A DNA stretch of 64,000 nucleotides, from positions 46,996,001 to 47,060,000 of the forward strand of contig OZ287753.1 in the NCBI GenBank assembly GCA_965649765.1. Reading direction: 5' to 3'. The notes beneath the pieces were generated by a model. The model made no database searches. It was not told the DNA's origin and saw nothing but the letters and a program-made list of their open reading frames with translations. This DNA is from Bispira polyomma. Lineage: Eukaryota. This document shows positions 38,985 through 53,500 of the stretch, in pieces. The translations under genes were made by a program, and so were the position numbers. Numbering within the stretch: position 1 is the first letter of the stretch; every line of letters begins with the position of its first letter.

Positions 38985-39130
38985 GTTTAGGGTTTTACGT
39001 CCTGTTCGACAGCCGGGGTCATATTAGGACAGGCCCTCAGCATTTGCCACTTGAAGGAGGCGAACCCATGCAGAAGTGACAGCCTGTGATTAGATGCCAA
39101 ACTTGCTAACCACTCGGCCACTGAGGACCT
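38985..39130 (-). mobile_element. tRNA-derived SINE
   Basis: Reverse complement has TGGCCGAGTGG (A box) and GGTTCG (B box), then a ...aggacgtaaaacc tail. Confidence 0.7.
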
Positions 39131-39430
39131 CTGAGAGAAATATTATATCTGGCCACCACTGCATCCGCCCAGTGAAGCTTTAAACTTTTCTCACATTATT
39201 CTGTATTCTGTATTATGCATTTTTAACGTGCCTTGTTTTTGATGCAAGGTATCATCTAAAACGCAACAACAGAATCGGTAAACCAATAGAGAAGTCTAAA
39301 AAACATAGCCACGGTTATAAGGAAGGATGTGGGGTGTAGATGGAGGGACTTACGGAGGTACATGATTTTGAAGGGATAAGTTTGAAGCTTTTACCTAACC
39401 CAGAAAGTATTTCAAGTCATCCAAGCTTAA

Positions 39431-42160
39431 AGGGCCAAAGAACTCCCAAACACAAATTTCACCTTCTTATTCTCTCAGATATTGTAGTGTAAATACACCA
39501 AGCCAAAAATGATGAAATTGTGTGTGTGTTGAGAAATTCCTACTTGTTCGCTCACTGCAGCAGTAACTCCACTATATACACATTTGACCCCTGGTTTGTT
39601 TATGCTACGTCACAGGCTGAAGTCAGTTTCCTACACAAACACGGATGTGTGTGGGTTATCTATACAATACTGCACTCTGCTTCAGTTAATGTATGATTAC
39701 TTTGTTTGAAAGTAAAGTTTTAGTTTTGGTAAATATTGTATGCTGCTTGTAATAGTCACTGATTTTTTTGGCATAAGTATTAACAATTTGAAGCACCCAT
39801 CATGACAACAAAACCTGTTAATATTTGAAATATTAATTAATAATTACCTGTTAACTAATAGTAATAGTTAATTAATAGTAATAGTTAATTAATAGTAGTT
39901 AATTAATAGTAATTAATTAATTACCTGTTAATATTAATATTTGAAAACAGATTTTTACACATGACAGGGTGATGACACACAGGAAGTTATTACTTTTTTT
40001 ATTAGTAATGAAGTAAATATTAGTATGAGTAAATATGTAAATATGTACAATGAATATGATTATTGAAATGTGTTCAACAACTTTGTGGCTATTTCTGATT
40101 ACTTAGAATGATAAAATGATTTACTTCAGACATGCCTGCTCGCTGTATAGCTGCAAACGATGGTAATACACATAAAGACAATGTGTCCCTTCATAAATTC
40201 CCTCCCCAGGATAAGGATCCAGATCGACACAATGAATGGATATGTCAAGTAAAACGTACAAGAGACAAATGGAATGGCCCATCAAAGTTTTCTTACATAT
40301 GTAGTGTTCACTTCACAGGTGACTAATTTGAAGAGACTCCACAATTACAAATGACTTTTGGTGTGTCGGTGAAACGTCCATGACAGTTAAAGTCTACAGC
40401 AGTCCACACTCTATTTAATGGATTCTGTGCCGGAACTATCCACTTCAAACAGACAATCCAGTACAATAGAATAACTTAATCGAAAGTGCACTATTGCTTC
40501 TTTATTTAAAACTAATCAAAGTGCCATATCTGAGGTTGGATTCGAAACAGCCACAACAAGTGATGTGGACTGTGACACGAGATACTGTAATATTTGTGAA
40601 TCATGCTGAAGTTCAGACAGACTATGTATCTCAAAAAAGCAGAGCCAGTCATTTCCTATCCAAATAGATGTAGGGACACAGTTCGAGGATCAGAATGAGG
40701 ACAGTTGTACTAGTGATGTTACGAGTGATTCATGAACTGCAAATGAAGATGAAATGGATCATTTAAGAGATGTTACAGAACAAAGCAGTGCAGAAGAATA
40801 TAACCGAGAAAAGTACATCATTTTTTGGGATATGTTACATTTATTGTTTACTTGGATAACTTGTACAAGTTGTGGTATAGGACGTGTCAGCTACAAGGCT
40901 AGAAAAATGGGTTCCTTGATTATTGTAACATTCTCATGCCTAGAATGTTTATCCATATGGGCCTGGAATAGTCAGCCCTTCCTAGGATCATTCCCGGCAG
41001 GAAACATTCTCCTTTCTGCTGGAGTTTTGTTTTCTGGTGCAATTGCCAAGAAAGTGCTAATGGCCCTCAAACACATTCGAGTAGCAGTTCCTTCTGAGCG
41101 GTCATATTTCTACCCTCAAGAACGGATACTGTGCTCTTCCATTGAGAAAGTTTGGTTTCAGGAACAAGAGTCCTATATTGGATATTTGCGTTCTCTGAAT
41201 TCACCAGTGATGCTTGGAGGTGATGGTCGAGCAGATAGTCCTGGACATTCTGCGAAGTATGGAACCTATACGATGATGCCCCTAGATTTGAATGCTGTTA
41301 TTGATGTCCAATTAGTCACCAGCAATGAAGTAAATGAAAGCTCCAATATGGAGAACGAAGGTTTCATCAGATCTATAATTTATTTCAGACCGACACCTGT
41401 CAATTGCAAAATGGATAAGAGAAAATTTACCCAATGTAGTACATCTTTATGATATCTGGCATGGAGCAAAAGGGGTCAGCCGAAAATTAGAAGCAGCAGC
41501 AAAGCTTAAAGTAATTAGGCGCTAGATTCACAGTATTAGCAATCATCTGTACTGGTGTGCTATCTCTACCCCTGATGGTGATGGAGACCTGATTATGGCA
41601 AAATGGGAATCCCTAATCCCAGGTTTCCAAAATGTGAACATGATCTGTTACTTAGCCGTGAAACATGGAATCCGTGGATTAAACCTGGTTCCAAGGCAGC
41701 TTTCAAGATGGAAGAAATCATCCTGAGAAGTAGTTTGTTGAGAGATATTTAAAAATTATCTGGAAATCATCAAACATCCACTATTGAGGCATTTCACAGT
41801 GTTCTAATCCAGTTTGCACCGAAAAGTTACATTTTTGGCTTCACAGGGATGAAGTGCAGGACATTGATAGCAGCTTTGCATTACAATGAGAACAGTGGTC
41901 GTAAGCAGGCAATCACAACCAATGGCAAGAAACAATACAAGATTAGATTCTCTCAATATAAAAAGGGGGATATATAGTTAGGAAAGTGTTGTGCAGCCCA
42001 AGCTTTCAATATGTTGATCGCTTAATGACCCAGGTGAAAGAAACTTGTGAAATACCAGTCAAAGATAGACTCGCTGCTGTTGCTGCAATGAAACAAGTTC
42101 AGTCCCCAATACTATCCTCTTCATGTGACAAACCAGATAAAGATCATGCAATCAGACTCC
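39431..42160 (+). mobile_element. Kolobok-like DNA transposon: THAP domain plus DDE transposase, degenerate, right end missing
   Basis: TTAA|AGG left end. THAP domain (C..A...LHKFP...W...ICSVHF, 40132). GDGRADSPGHSAKYGTY, SDRH..I, YDIWH and QTSTIEAFHS...APK...ALHYNEN. Many stops and frameshifts. Confidence 0.85.
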
Positions 42161-45100
42161 ATTTTGATATCAAAGCGGCTAGCCCACATGAAATATTTCG
42201 TGTGTATGCAGTGAATACAGGATCTCTGGTACGTCCGGTTTCTAGAACGCTGACAACCACTTGGTTATCACACTTAAATATCACCTTTTTCCCCATCCAT
42301 TCCCCAGACCAAAGTTTAAGGGCCACAAGAATATTTATCATTTCCAAGGATGCTATGTTGTTACTAGACATATGGCTAGGTACTTTTAACTTATAAACTT
42401 AGTTTCCACAAATGCCTTCCATGCCAGTTAAGCAGGCATCCAACTCAATTTGAGTGTGTATTTGTTTATGGGAAAAGAAGCTGATGCCATTAAATTGACT
42501 CACAAACGTGGTGAACCAGTTAAGGTCCTGTTTGAATTCCTGTGCTACGCTGAGTTTTTCTTTGTATTAATTATCACGCAGTAATTGCAAGAATACTCTG
42601 GCATATTTTATGCATTTTGCGACATACAGTAATGAACTCAGTAATGATTGCAAATCCCTTTTTGTGCATTGGGTCGTAGTTCTCCACTTTTCTCCACTTT
42701 TCCCTAATTTCCGTTAATTTATCATCGGGAATAGAAATTGTGAAATCTTTTGTATTTACCATGATTTCCAAACAGACAATCTGTGTGCTGAGGGCCATTA
42801 GTTTTTACTACTGACGGTCAAACCAAGTTCAGATAGTAAAATCTGAAAACGTTCATAAATGCGCCCAATTTTGCTGGGTAAATTAATGGCCAAAAAATCG
42901 TCTATATAGTTGTGTATATTGTAGCCCTCCAACGTCATGATAAATCGGACTTCCAATTTAGGCCTAGTAAATTTATATCACTCGGGTCAATAGGGACATG
43001 ACGAAAGCCCCACTGACGTCCACTTTAATTATTTTACAACCTTTGCCAAGTCTGATAACTTCATTTGTTATATTATCAACCGACGGGTAAGACAAAAGAA
43101 ATTCTGTTTTTAAATAGGAAGTGGCAGACGCCCCTGCGTTTACTGAGTGGCCACGTGGCCAACTCAAATCCACTATTACCCTTCTGTTGGTGGAACTAGA
43201 TTTATCGCGGGTCATCATGGGTGAGAAATGTAAGTCTTTAATAGGTGGTTCAGAAAAGGGGCCTAGTATGGCCCCGAATTGACACTCTTTCCGCAAATAT
43301 GTATCCACATGTTCCGGGAACTTGTCCGCCGAACTATGATTTACGTTCTCAGACTGGCTAATATTGCCCCATGTTACATCTAAGGGAACGCCATATTTGA
43401 CTAAAAGGAGAAGTTGCCAATCCCAATATTGTTCAAGGTAACTTGCCCATTTTTCAGCATTTAGTTGTGAGGACACGGCTAGTTGTAAACCCTTGTAATT
43501 GTGCTTGCCATTTGCGTGCAATTTTTCATGCAATTGAAATGTATTAAGTCTGTGACAAGTGAAACCACTGTCCCTCACTTTACAACAAGTGTTGTGAGTG
43601 AGGTAAAACCATACTCCACCTTGTTCTGTTTTTTCCATTCACTGTACATTTTGTTACCTCGAGCTTCTAAATCATACTTGTCATTTGAACCAGTGGTATC
43701 AATGTGTTGTTTGTTTACAACTACTTTGCGAGCGCTTTGTGCGACCCGAGTTATATTGCCTTGATTTACTTTTTTTGTAACCACTTGTTGGTTTCTATCA
43801 CTTTTGTGCTCGGTGTCACACTCAGTATCTGCCCCTCCCCTATTATTTTCTGTGGTCCCCATTTTTTCAAGGGGTCAAAACCTATTGTGGAGCGCGAGTC
43901 CTGAGTTGGCACCTGCCAAAGTGTCTTTGTTGACACTTGTTTTTACTGTTCTCAGCCTGCCCTGTTGTTTCTTTTCACAAGTGTTACGTTTGTTTTGTGT
44001 CATAGGAACAAAAGGGGAGACCCATTGTCCAGAAAGTTGACACCTGAATTCTTTTGAATGCCTTTAGTTGTTGCTGCCTGATTCACACGTTTTTGTTCAT
44101 GGGTTGTAAATTCATCCCTCTCATTATTTTTAAAGTACAGTTTGCATTCTTGAATCTTGTTTCGACTTTCTGGCACATTAGTATATACACCATTACCTTG
44201 TTGTTTACTATTCACATTTTTGACAGACTGGCTATATGTACAGCCAGTCTGTCTGCCTCTATTATATACAAACATATAACCCGATTTTGTTTATTGAATA
44301 ACTCCTGAAAGCTAGAGTTATAAAACACCCGACTAAAAACAAACTTGTCCACTGCATTTACGCAGAGGCCACCTAGTTTTTTAACTGTTTTTACTGCGTG
44401 TGCTACTTTTATGTGTACCCCCACATGCCTTACAAACGTGCTTAAAATAAGAACTTATGGCTAGTAGTATTTACAGGTTCCCTCCTGGAAGAACTTGCAA
44501 TTCGCTGTGGTTTGTTTTTTGACTAATTTTATTTGCACCACGACTACTGTTATTTTGACCCGCACTATACTAGTAATGTGTCTTTGCGCATGTGCCCGTC
44601 TCAATCTATCAAACTTATCTACTTCAGACCACTTCAGCTTGTCCATCTCCATTTGAGTCAAAGCCAAAAAGAGTAAAATCCGCCGAATCCTCCATTAAAT
44701 TGGACATATAGTCCAACATAATTTCCTTAACTTCATTACACTTTTTGTCTTGTACAATTCTCGTAAAACCACAAACCCACTGAGTGATAGAGAGGTCGTC
44801 ATAACTGCGTCTTGTTTGAAAGTTACTAGTTAGGACATGATTCTGTGGCCATTCGACCACCTGACAATGATATCAACACCACCGCCCCTTTGAGATTTTA
44901 GTTTACCTCGGCTGGGACTCTCGTTAATTCTTTTCAGCCAAACGTAACTTGACCTGACTCTGTATCTGGGAATTTGTGTGTAGAAAATCTACAGTAGGTA
45001 TTAAATTTCAGGAGCCGAAGCTTCAGAATTGCCCTTCGCAGAACTACTACTACTGGTACTAGTATGAGTAGAATTACTGGCATGATTTTTGCTGTGATCT

Positions 45101-45860
45101 CCTGCCAATGCTGCTTCAGAAAGTTGAACACGCTGATCCATCCGTTCCATCATGGCACTCATTGATTGAAGTTGTAACAATGTCTGATTATTTACCCCAA
45201 TATTTGTAGTGAAGAAATCAACATTGGATTGATCAAGTGTTCAGTGTTGGCAGAAGATCCCTCTCCAGCAGTTGCAAGAGTACAGGCAGCACCAACAGGT
45301 CTGGCATGTTTTCCAGAGCATTTCGAACAATTAAATACCGGAGGCATCTTAACACACACAATATTTAAAATAGTAAAAGTTTAAAATGATAAAACCAGTA
45401 ACAATTGTAAATTGAACATAAAATTTCCAGAAAATTCTGGCTTCTTTTTTCAAAAAGGCGGGAACATTTAAATGGCTGGCCTTTTATAATGGCCTCAGTC
45501 ATTCAAGCGTTACAAATAGACTGGTACCCCAGAACTGAACTCGTCTGCGTTGGGCGCTCCCTTATAGTCCCACTTACTACTTCCTGTTCTAGACTCTAAA
45601 TGCCACTCAGACCATCATTTGCACTGGTAGCTACGAGTCTGTCCCACTTACTACTTCCTGTTCTAGACTCTAAATGCCACTCAGACCATCATTTGCACTG
45701 GTAGCTACGAGTCTGTCCCACTTACTACTTCCTGTTCTAGACTCTAAATGCCACTCAGACCATCATTTGCACTGGTAGCTACGAGTCTGTCCCACTTACT
45801 ACTTCCTGTTCTAGACTCTAAATGCCACTCAGACCATCATTTGCACTGGTAGCTACGAGT
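42160..45860 (-). mobile_element. Ngaro/PAT-like (DIRS order) retrotransposon remnant: gag, RT and RNase H, with no recombinase seen
   Basis: gag VEWPQ..V...YDDLSITQWVCGF and CKFFQEGTC. RT GPF...SPMMTRDK...RRVIVDLSWP.G.SVN and NYIDDF (near 42900). RNase H LDACL.G, IASLEMINILVA and CDNQ.VV. Confidence 0.88.
45567..45860 (+). repeat. 74-bp perfect tandem x4
   Basis: gtcccacttac at 45567, 45641, 45715 and 45789. Confidence 0.97.
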
Positions 45861-45873
45861 TCTATGTGTAATT

Positions 45874-46008
45874 TATACTAGTCAAGAATCCACCATATAG
45901 ACATATGTGTATGCTATACTAGTCAAGAACCCACCAAATAGACCTGTGTGTATGTTACACTAGTCAAGAACCCACTATATAGACCTATGTGTATGTTATA
46001 CTAGTCAA
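45874..46008 (+). repeat. 41-bp tandem repeat, about 3.3 units
   Basis: Unit tatactagtcaagaacccaccatatagac.... Confidence 0.9.
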
Positions 46009-48904
46009 TGTACTGGTCATCTTGGTCAGTGTATACTAGGATGTAGTTACAGTTTGGTAAATAGTTTCCTTTCTGTATGGCTTGGGTTTAACGTTGCTTT
46101 CAATACATCTTGTGTCATATTACGATGGGCAAAGCACTGGTGGAGGAAATGTAGGTAGATGATCAAGGTATATTTCTTTGCAAAGCACCAGCACTGGTCT
46201 ACTGCCAACTTTTCAACATACATGCCAGGATTGAGATTAGAACCCACAACTGTAGAGGTGGCAGGCCAATGTGGTTACACCAACGAGAACCAAACAGTGT
46301 CTACTTAAATTAGGTAACCAATATTATAGTGAAAAATATGATTTATTTTGTGTTTTAAAATCATATAAAAATCATTAATTGAAACTGGAAGTGGCATGGT
46401 AGTGTTAGAACAATGCTTACAATAGTTCTGTTTATGTGTCCTCTACTAGATTGTATTATTGCTCTGTATGTCAAGGCCCTGTATATTGCAGTTCTTTCAT
46501 TCCTGATTCATCAACCCAGATTTCATCCTGCTTACAATCTAGCCCTCTAACTCTATTTGAGCAGCTTTGACTTGGGCTTTTTGTAAAAGCCTGTCCAAGT
46601 AATTACTTTCCTTTTTGTATCATAGGGGACAAAAAGCCAATACATTTTACATCAAGATACTGGCACAGGGTTTCCTTTTGAGGATTATATGAGGGGCTTC
46701 AAGTAACCAATAAGCTTACTTATAAAAAGACAGAAATGAACACAAAATAAAGGAGCCTTTTACCATGGTAACGGCTTATTTTGAAAGTTCAGTATTTTAC
46801 AAATATGTAGAGAAATGCTGATTGTAGGATCACCGGTTGGGGAAATGGAACACTAAAAAGGTCAACAATGGTTAACCTGTTTTGTAAAACAAACTGAAAT
46901 AACAAAATATGACATCAATAGTTTTACACAAAGACAAGTAAAATACTTTTAAATGAAATGGCTTTGTACTATTTGACTGCTTATCTGAATACACGAGGCA
47001 TTATTTCAAACTTAATTATATCACCTTCAAAACTCCACATATATTATATAAATGAGGTAGTATCTCAACTCGATTATGCCACTTACAGAACTACAAATCT
47101 TTTAAATATTTTAGGGTACCTTGTGCCCAGTGACTGCCTTGAAGACTACTAATTACCACTAGTGAAGGTCCGCAGGGATTATAATATGTGAACACTCTTA
47201 GTTATAAGAAAAAAGTGCTACAAAAATAATTTTTAATCGTATTTTTTAGAAGTTTTGTCATCTGTGTAAAATCAATTTAAACTCAATTAATTAGTTCACA
47301 TAATCATTGTATGTGGCTGTATAATGTATATACTGTACAAGTTTAGAAAGTAATGAAAATGATTCATTTTCATCAGTGCCAGGTCATATGAATCTATGTT
47401 TTCTAATCTTTAGAAAAGAATAGGAAGCTTTCTCAGCAGGTGATGTACGTATACATTGCACTGGATAATTCCAGCATTTTGCCCTTAGGATTTGGTTATC
47501 TTGCAAGAGTTGGAAAGCAAAGATATGTGAGCTGAAGCTAATCTGGACAAAAGCCAACAAGTTGATTCTTTACCTCGATTTCTTTTGTCATTATTTCCAG
47601 CAAATTTCCCTTATTGATTTTCGATTATTATTTCGACATATATTTTAAACATCTTGTATGTTTTTGTTTAAATAACTTTTGCAAAAGGAACTCTCGGCAA
47701 ATGTAATCCAAATCGCCATCACACATTTGTCATGTGAAAAGTTTTCTTTTCTTATTGTGTGGTGAGGTGGTACGAGTCTGTGGGGATGTGTCAGACTGCA
47801 GAATCTGAATCTGGATGAAATGCAAAGTGCCCTGAGGATTTAGCAGCATCTATGCTCCTGCTGGGTAGGAAGTACCCTGGGGCTGCTCAAGGAGATTGAT
47901 TGACCATTCCATGAAATTGTTCACCAGTTTGTAGGTCTGGTCGGTGAACTCATTTCAGATAATGGGATGAATCCGGTTCATGCAGGCCTCCATTCATAGA
48001 CCCCAGCTATGTTGCATTGTAGGCTTCTCACTTGGCCTCACACTAAGCCTTGTTCACCCTCTTAAAGACCTTTCTTGTGCCCTCATTGCCCTCCATCAAG
48101 GTTTCCAGTAGTTTATGGCCCCTTCCTACATTCGGTACTAGTAGCCTTCTTGCTGCGATTTGCAGGCTGCGAAGTTAGGGTGATGCTGCCACTTGCGTGT
48201 GGTTGAGATGGTCCCTGCGGATATCGTCCCCTACCTCCAGAAGGGTGTTAATCAGCCTGGAACCTTATGTTTTCCCACCTCATGGATGGATCTGTGGGTG
48301 GATCCCTGGCTGAAAAAAATACAGGAAAACATGGTAATATACATGTGTACAAGTGTATACTGACCATATACAATTATATTTATTGATATACAGATAATAT
48401 CTACCAATTACCAACCAATTAATAAATTATTATTTTCTACAAGTAAAAATATCTTTCCCCCATACACAAACCTCCATTTTTACACATAATACTATTTGCA
48501 TACAAATATCTCTGAAACATACTCAGCACATATAAATCTAACTTTTAAAAAATATATATATATAGATGCTTACATTACTACACTTCCTGCTGGCCATGTG
48601 ACCTCCTCTTATCGCTTGCTACCGCTTCAGTCAGCATGGATTAACCCCATTTACTGGGAGTCTACTGGATGGGACCGCCTCCAACTGCCTCTAACCGCCT
48701 CAGATTGTATCTTAACCATGTCTGTAACCGCCTATTACCATATATTACCCAGCTCTACCCTCAGCAAATATTCATTAATGGTAAAGCGGTGATAGTTAAA
48801 AGCAGCTATAACTGGGGTCAACGCCCTTTTGGGTAGTCGCCCTGCCACTCTTTTTTGTTTGGAATAAAAAGCTCCAGTACAGTCAAAACGACCTATGGCT
48901 GGGC

Positions 48905-49295
48905 GGGCGCACCAACATCACTCCTTACCTTAAAAAACTACACTGGCTTCCCATTTTGTTCAAAATTCACATTACTACATTCAAAGCTGTAGTCGCTTAA
49001 CAGCCATCTTGCCTCGCTTCCCCTCTCTCTTTCAGTAACTCGAAGAGAGGTAATAGACTCTCTGTTTCTTCTGTTAGACCCACCAGGAAAGCGGGATCCA
49101 GAGTTTTTTCTATTGCAGCTCCCTTGTTATGGAATAGTCTCCCAGTTGATCTCAGATCACTAGATACACTTATTGGCTTTAGGAAAAAGCTCAAAACCTA
49201 TCTTTTTAACATTGCCATATCTGTCCTTATGACCTTACTATGCCCATAGACTACACGATTGGATCACTGATGCTGCTGTTGCATTTTAGAAGAGT
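48905..49295 (+). mobile_element. LINE 3' fragment, same family as 30.1-30.5 kb
   Basis: LKKLHWLPI...APLLWNSLP...RKKLKTYLF and a shared 3' UTR. Confidence 0.85.
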
Positions 49296-50590
49296 TAGGG
49301 TTATTTCAGAAGTGACCGATTACTGCAGGTACCAGGCGATATGTATACCATCTCCAACCGTCTTTCCATACCACTAATGTGAGACTGTGGCTTTGCATCA
49401 ACCCCTTTATCCTTTCATCTGTTCACAGGAAGATTATAAAATAAGCATTATTTAATGCAGTTTTAAGCATAACATTGGTATAGTCCTGATGTGTTAGAAT
49501 CTTATTTTCAACGAAGTAGTCTCGACATATAGGTTTAATGTTAGCTTTTTCTAGGTGTTTTCTATATTTTCTGTGCTTTGTTAATGTCAATCACAAGCCA
49601 CATATTACAACTCTTCTCTCTTTTCCATTCATAGTAACCTGTTCAGACTTCATATAAATGGCGACAGTAGTCATTGTTTGTGGTCATAATAGGATGACAT
49701 GTGGGAAAAATACTATTTTGCTAATGTCATCTTAAAACTCGTTTGTGTATTCATATGAGGATAAGGTACATATATTAGGTTTTATGTTTTGGTATTGACA
49801 TCTCTAGATCAAGTCGAATAGATAATGAGTACCTGCATATTGCGTGTTAGAATATATATGGTGCAATTAAAGCCTTAATTTTTTTTATTTAATGGTAAAG
49901 CTGAAGTGATTTGTGGTGATACAATAATACGTCTATGGCAAAATATGCAGCTGTACTCCAGTTATACTGGCTCCTAGAGTAATCCTCTCAATGGGGCAAT
50001 TTAGAAAAGTTTTTTGTTTTTACAAATTAGTCTGAGTCCCGACTCCATGCCTTTAACAGATCCCTCATGACCAAAAGTCTGAGAGGAGATATATCTAAGG
50101 ATATTAATCTGGTTGACTATGGGCAGCTTTTTGTTGTAAAAGTATCCTGATAAAGGATGTTCTGCCCCGACAAACCTAATTTCAAAATTAAGGTGTTATC
50201 CTTTGTGTTTTAGTTTCAACAGAAAATACTAATTCATGTAATTACAATAAATTAATTATCCTCCCAGAAAATTGTGAAGTATGTTTTGTCAAACTAACAG
50301 TAAAAAACCTAATACATTATGTGTTCTTGAATACAGCTACCACTTTTACCAGATAATTGTGTCTTTGATATTTGACCGTTATTGACTTGGGAATATCCTC
50401 AAGGCCTAACTAGTTGTGTGACAGTATTAGTGCACATAGTGGTATTCTTAAGATTAGACAATTTTCTCATTTATAAGGTATTATATTCGTTGGTACCCCT
50501 TCAAAACAGAATGACCTTTTAAAGAATGTTAAATAAGAAAAGTATGTTAGTCAATTGACTCTTAAAGAAGGTTATTACGCTCTTCATTTA

Positions 50591-53500
50591 GCCTACGCTT
50601 CCTTTTAGCACATTAGAAAATTCTTAACAACATCGGCTGTTTTATTGCATAAAAATAGACTTACCTCCTAACAGATGCTATAGTTGATGGTCGTCAACTA
50701 AACCACGGTCAAATAACCGAAAAAGCTATCACCCTACCTTAACTTGTGGTTCAGTGGTGTACTTGATAAATCATTCTCGACATGGTCACGTGATCCCGTT
50801 TGAATTCTCACAATTTTTTTGACCGTCAAGGTATACACAGCCATTTTAAAGTTTTGATTTAATTTGATTCTTTTTTCAGAGTTTGCTTCTTAGGAAGTAA
50901 TAATGGCTTTACACAAGTGCTAGTATAGAATATATAAGCTGTTTTGTAGCGATTTAGACGATTTTAAGTTAATAACTTGGCTTTTTAACAATAAAAATGG
51001 AGGGGCCAGTCGAGCTTGTATCTTCCGATAGCCATTTTGTTTACATTTGCTGCGTTGCCTATCAACGAGGACGGGAGAGTTCGGTTGGGCTTGACGAAGA
51101 GTGATTTTCGTAGTCTGAATGCCCCGGATTAAGGTTGTCTTCAGAATCACTACAGCACTACCACTTCATAACAGAGAGTAAGTTTGCAAACGGAGTCGAA
51201 GGCGGACTCAGCTAGTCGCCCTGCAGAGAGAAATCATCTATTTTGGGGCCTAGTCCCCTGTTTTTCAGAAACTACATGCAAACTACTCCTATGGCTTGTT
51301 TAGAGGTGGAAATGTTTTGCAGGGTGTACAGATCAGAAGACTAAATGCACTGCAGAGACTACATATGGCTTGTCTAGTGGTGGAGATGTTTTGCAGGGTC
51401 ATACCCCTAGCACTCATTCAAAACCAACTAACAATGCTAAATCTACAGATCAGAAGGCTAAAACCCCGAACAAACAACAATCACAAATCCCTTATTTTAG
51501 AATAATTACCAGGTAAATCAGAAGGTTTAATGCCCTGTAGAAACGTTATCAACCTTCAGATGGCTTGTTAAGACTGGAAATGTTTCGCAGGGTCATATCC
51601 CTAGCACTCATTTCAATCCAGCTAACAACAATACTAAGTCTTCTACTGTTACTGGCTAATAATTACACATCTACAAATAAGACTTCTGCAGAGCCTTCAA
51701 GGGGCCTTCATTTTGAGGCAGGCTATGATAGGGGCCACGATTTCCCTACGATCCAGGTAGGTGTAGGTTGAGAATTTTTGTCAGAAGGCCATGGGGCTTC
51801 ACTACAGTCTACTGACTACGACCCTGCACTTCCCACATAATTATACACACTATACATAATTATTATGGAAAGTACAGTCTCATCATTCTGAGGATTGGTC
51901 TTAAGGGGTTTGGTTACTTCAGGAGAGATCAGGGGTAATATTTTGAGGTTTCATACAGGAATATTTTATTTCTTTACACAACTTTAGACTTTTGGGAAAA
52001 GATAGACAAGAAAGTTTATACAACTGGATGAGGATTTCTTCAGGTATGGAAAACATTTCAGTGTAGTTTTCCTTCTTCTATACATCTATTGTCTAGATAT
52101 TCGTGTTTATTCAACGTTTTCTAGTATTTTGGTGGGAACTGCTGTTCTTGTAAATCCACATATCGGCAGTTACAGTGTAAGGAGAACCGGTTTCTATAGT
52201 CGATAGTTTCAAAACTTTGTCCTGGGCAGTCCAGTGATCTTAAGTCTGTAATGATTTAAACCTGGTTTCAATGTGATAGTATTTTGGAAGTTTAGGGCTT
52301 ATTATGATTGTGACTTTCACACATATAAGTCTACATAGAACTTTTCCTTCCTAATGACTTTAGTCTTAGTCTAAGTCTTAAGGAGGAATGACTTTCAGGT
52401 ATGGACGTTTTCTTCTCCCAAGGCTCAATCTGATTGGTCTCGGGTTACTATTCACTTGCTTTTTCTGTCTGACAATCAGTTCCTTTCTGTTTGGCCTGAT
52501 TCTCTTAGACATGTGGTCTACCCAACTTTTTGGATATCTTCTGTAGGAATGCCTTAGTTGGGGACTTGAGCATCCTAATGTTTTGCCTAGCAGAACAAAG
52601 GACTTAACAACAGTTTTCTTGAATCTTTTGCTTGCTTCTATGAAACAGGATCATTCGGAAGATGTTTTCTTAGGCTCCTAGATCAATCTATTTTGTATTC
52701 TTACAGATTTTCTGATCAGGAGGTGTAACAAGTCTCTCAAGGGAAGGCCCATGATGTGAGGGCCATGGCCTCTTGTTTGGTATTTGAAGGCTTATGTCTC
52801 TTCATCAAGTCTTGGGAGCTTTGTGTCTCTTGACACTTAATCGGATTTTGTCTTGAACTTGTTCCTCGGGATACCAGGACATTTTTAAGCTGGGTCCTTA
52901 TGTGTCAGCTCAAGCTGTTATTTCTGATAGTAAGTTTCAATTTTGAAATTGTACTGTTTTGTTTATGTTAACTTAATATTCAATATAACAAAGGTTATAT
53001 GTCTATTTTGTTATTTTATACACTCTTTTATTGTGAAATTGGGGTGTAGAAAACAGTTTGTATTTACATCGGTTAGTAGGGGGATATGCTGTTGTGCAGA
53101 TGACGGGATCTTGATGTCTCTTACAGAGCATCTCAACACCCTAATCATATGCTTGCGTGGTGATGTGATTGTTTTGAAGTTTACAATTTCTACCATCAGA
53201 CATCATTTTGTTTGGTGAGTGAAATGTTGGCGTTTTTTATACTAACTTATCTAAGTAGTTTTGTCTTATGTCATGTTATGCTTCAGATGTTCATATATGT
53301 TTATATATGTCATTCATGGTACACCGTCACATGGGTATTGGCTATGTGCTTCACGGTACACCGTCACATGGGTATTGGCTATGTGCTTATAGGTTACATT
53401 GTCTATTTATCCATAGACAATTTTTTCCTTTTATTTTTCCTGGACCCTACTGTGCTTCAGTGGTTCAGAAGATTCTTACCCAACCAACCAAGCTGTTGGA

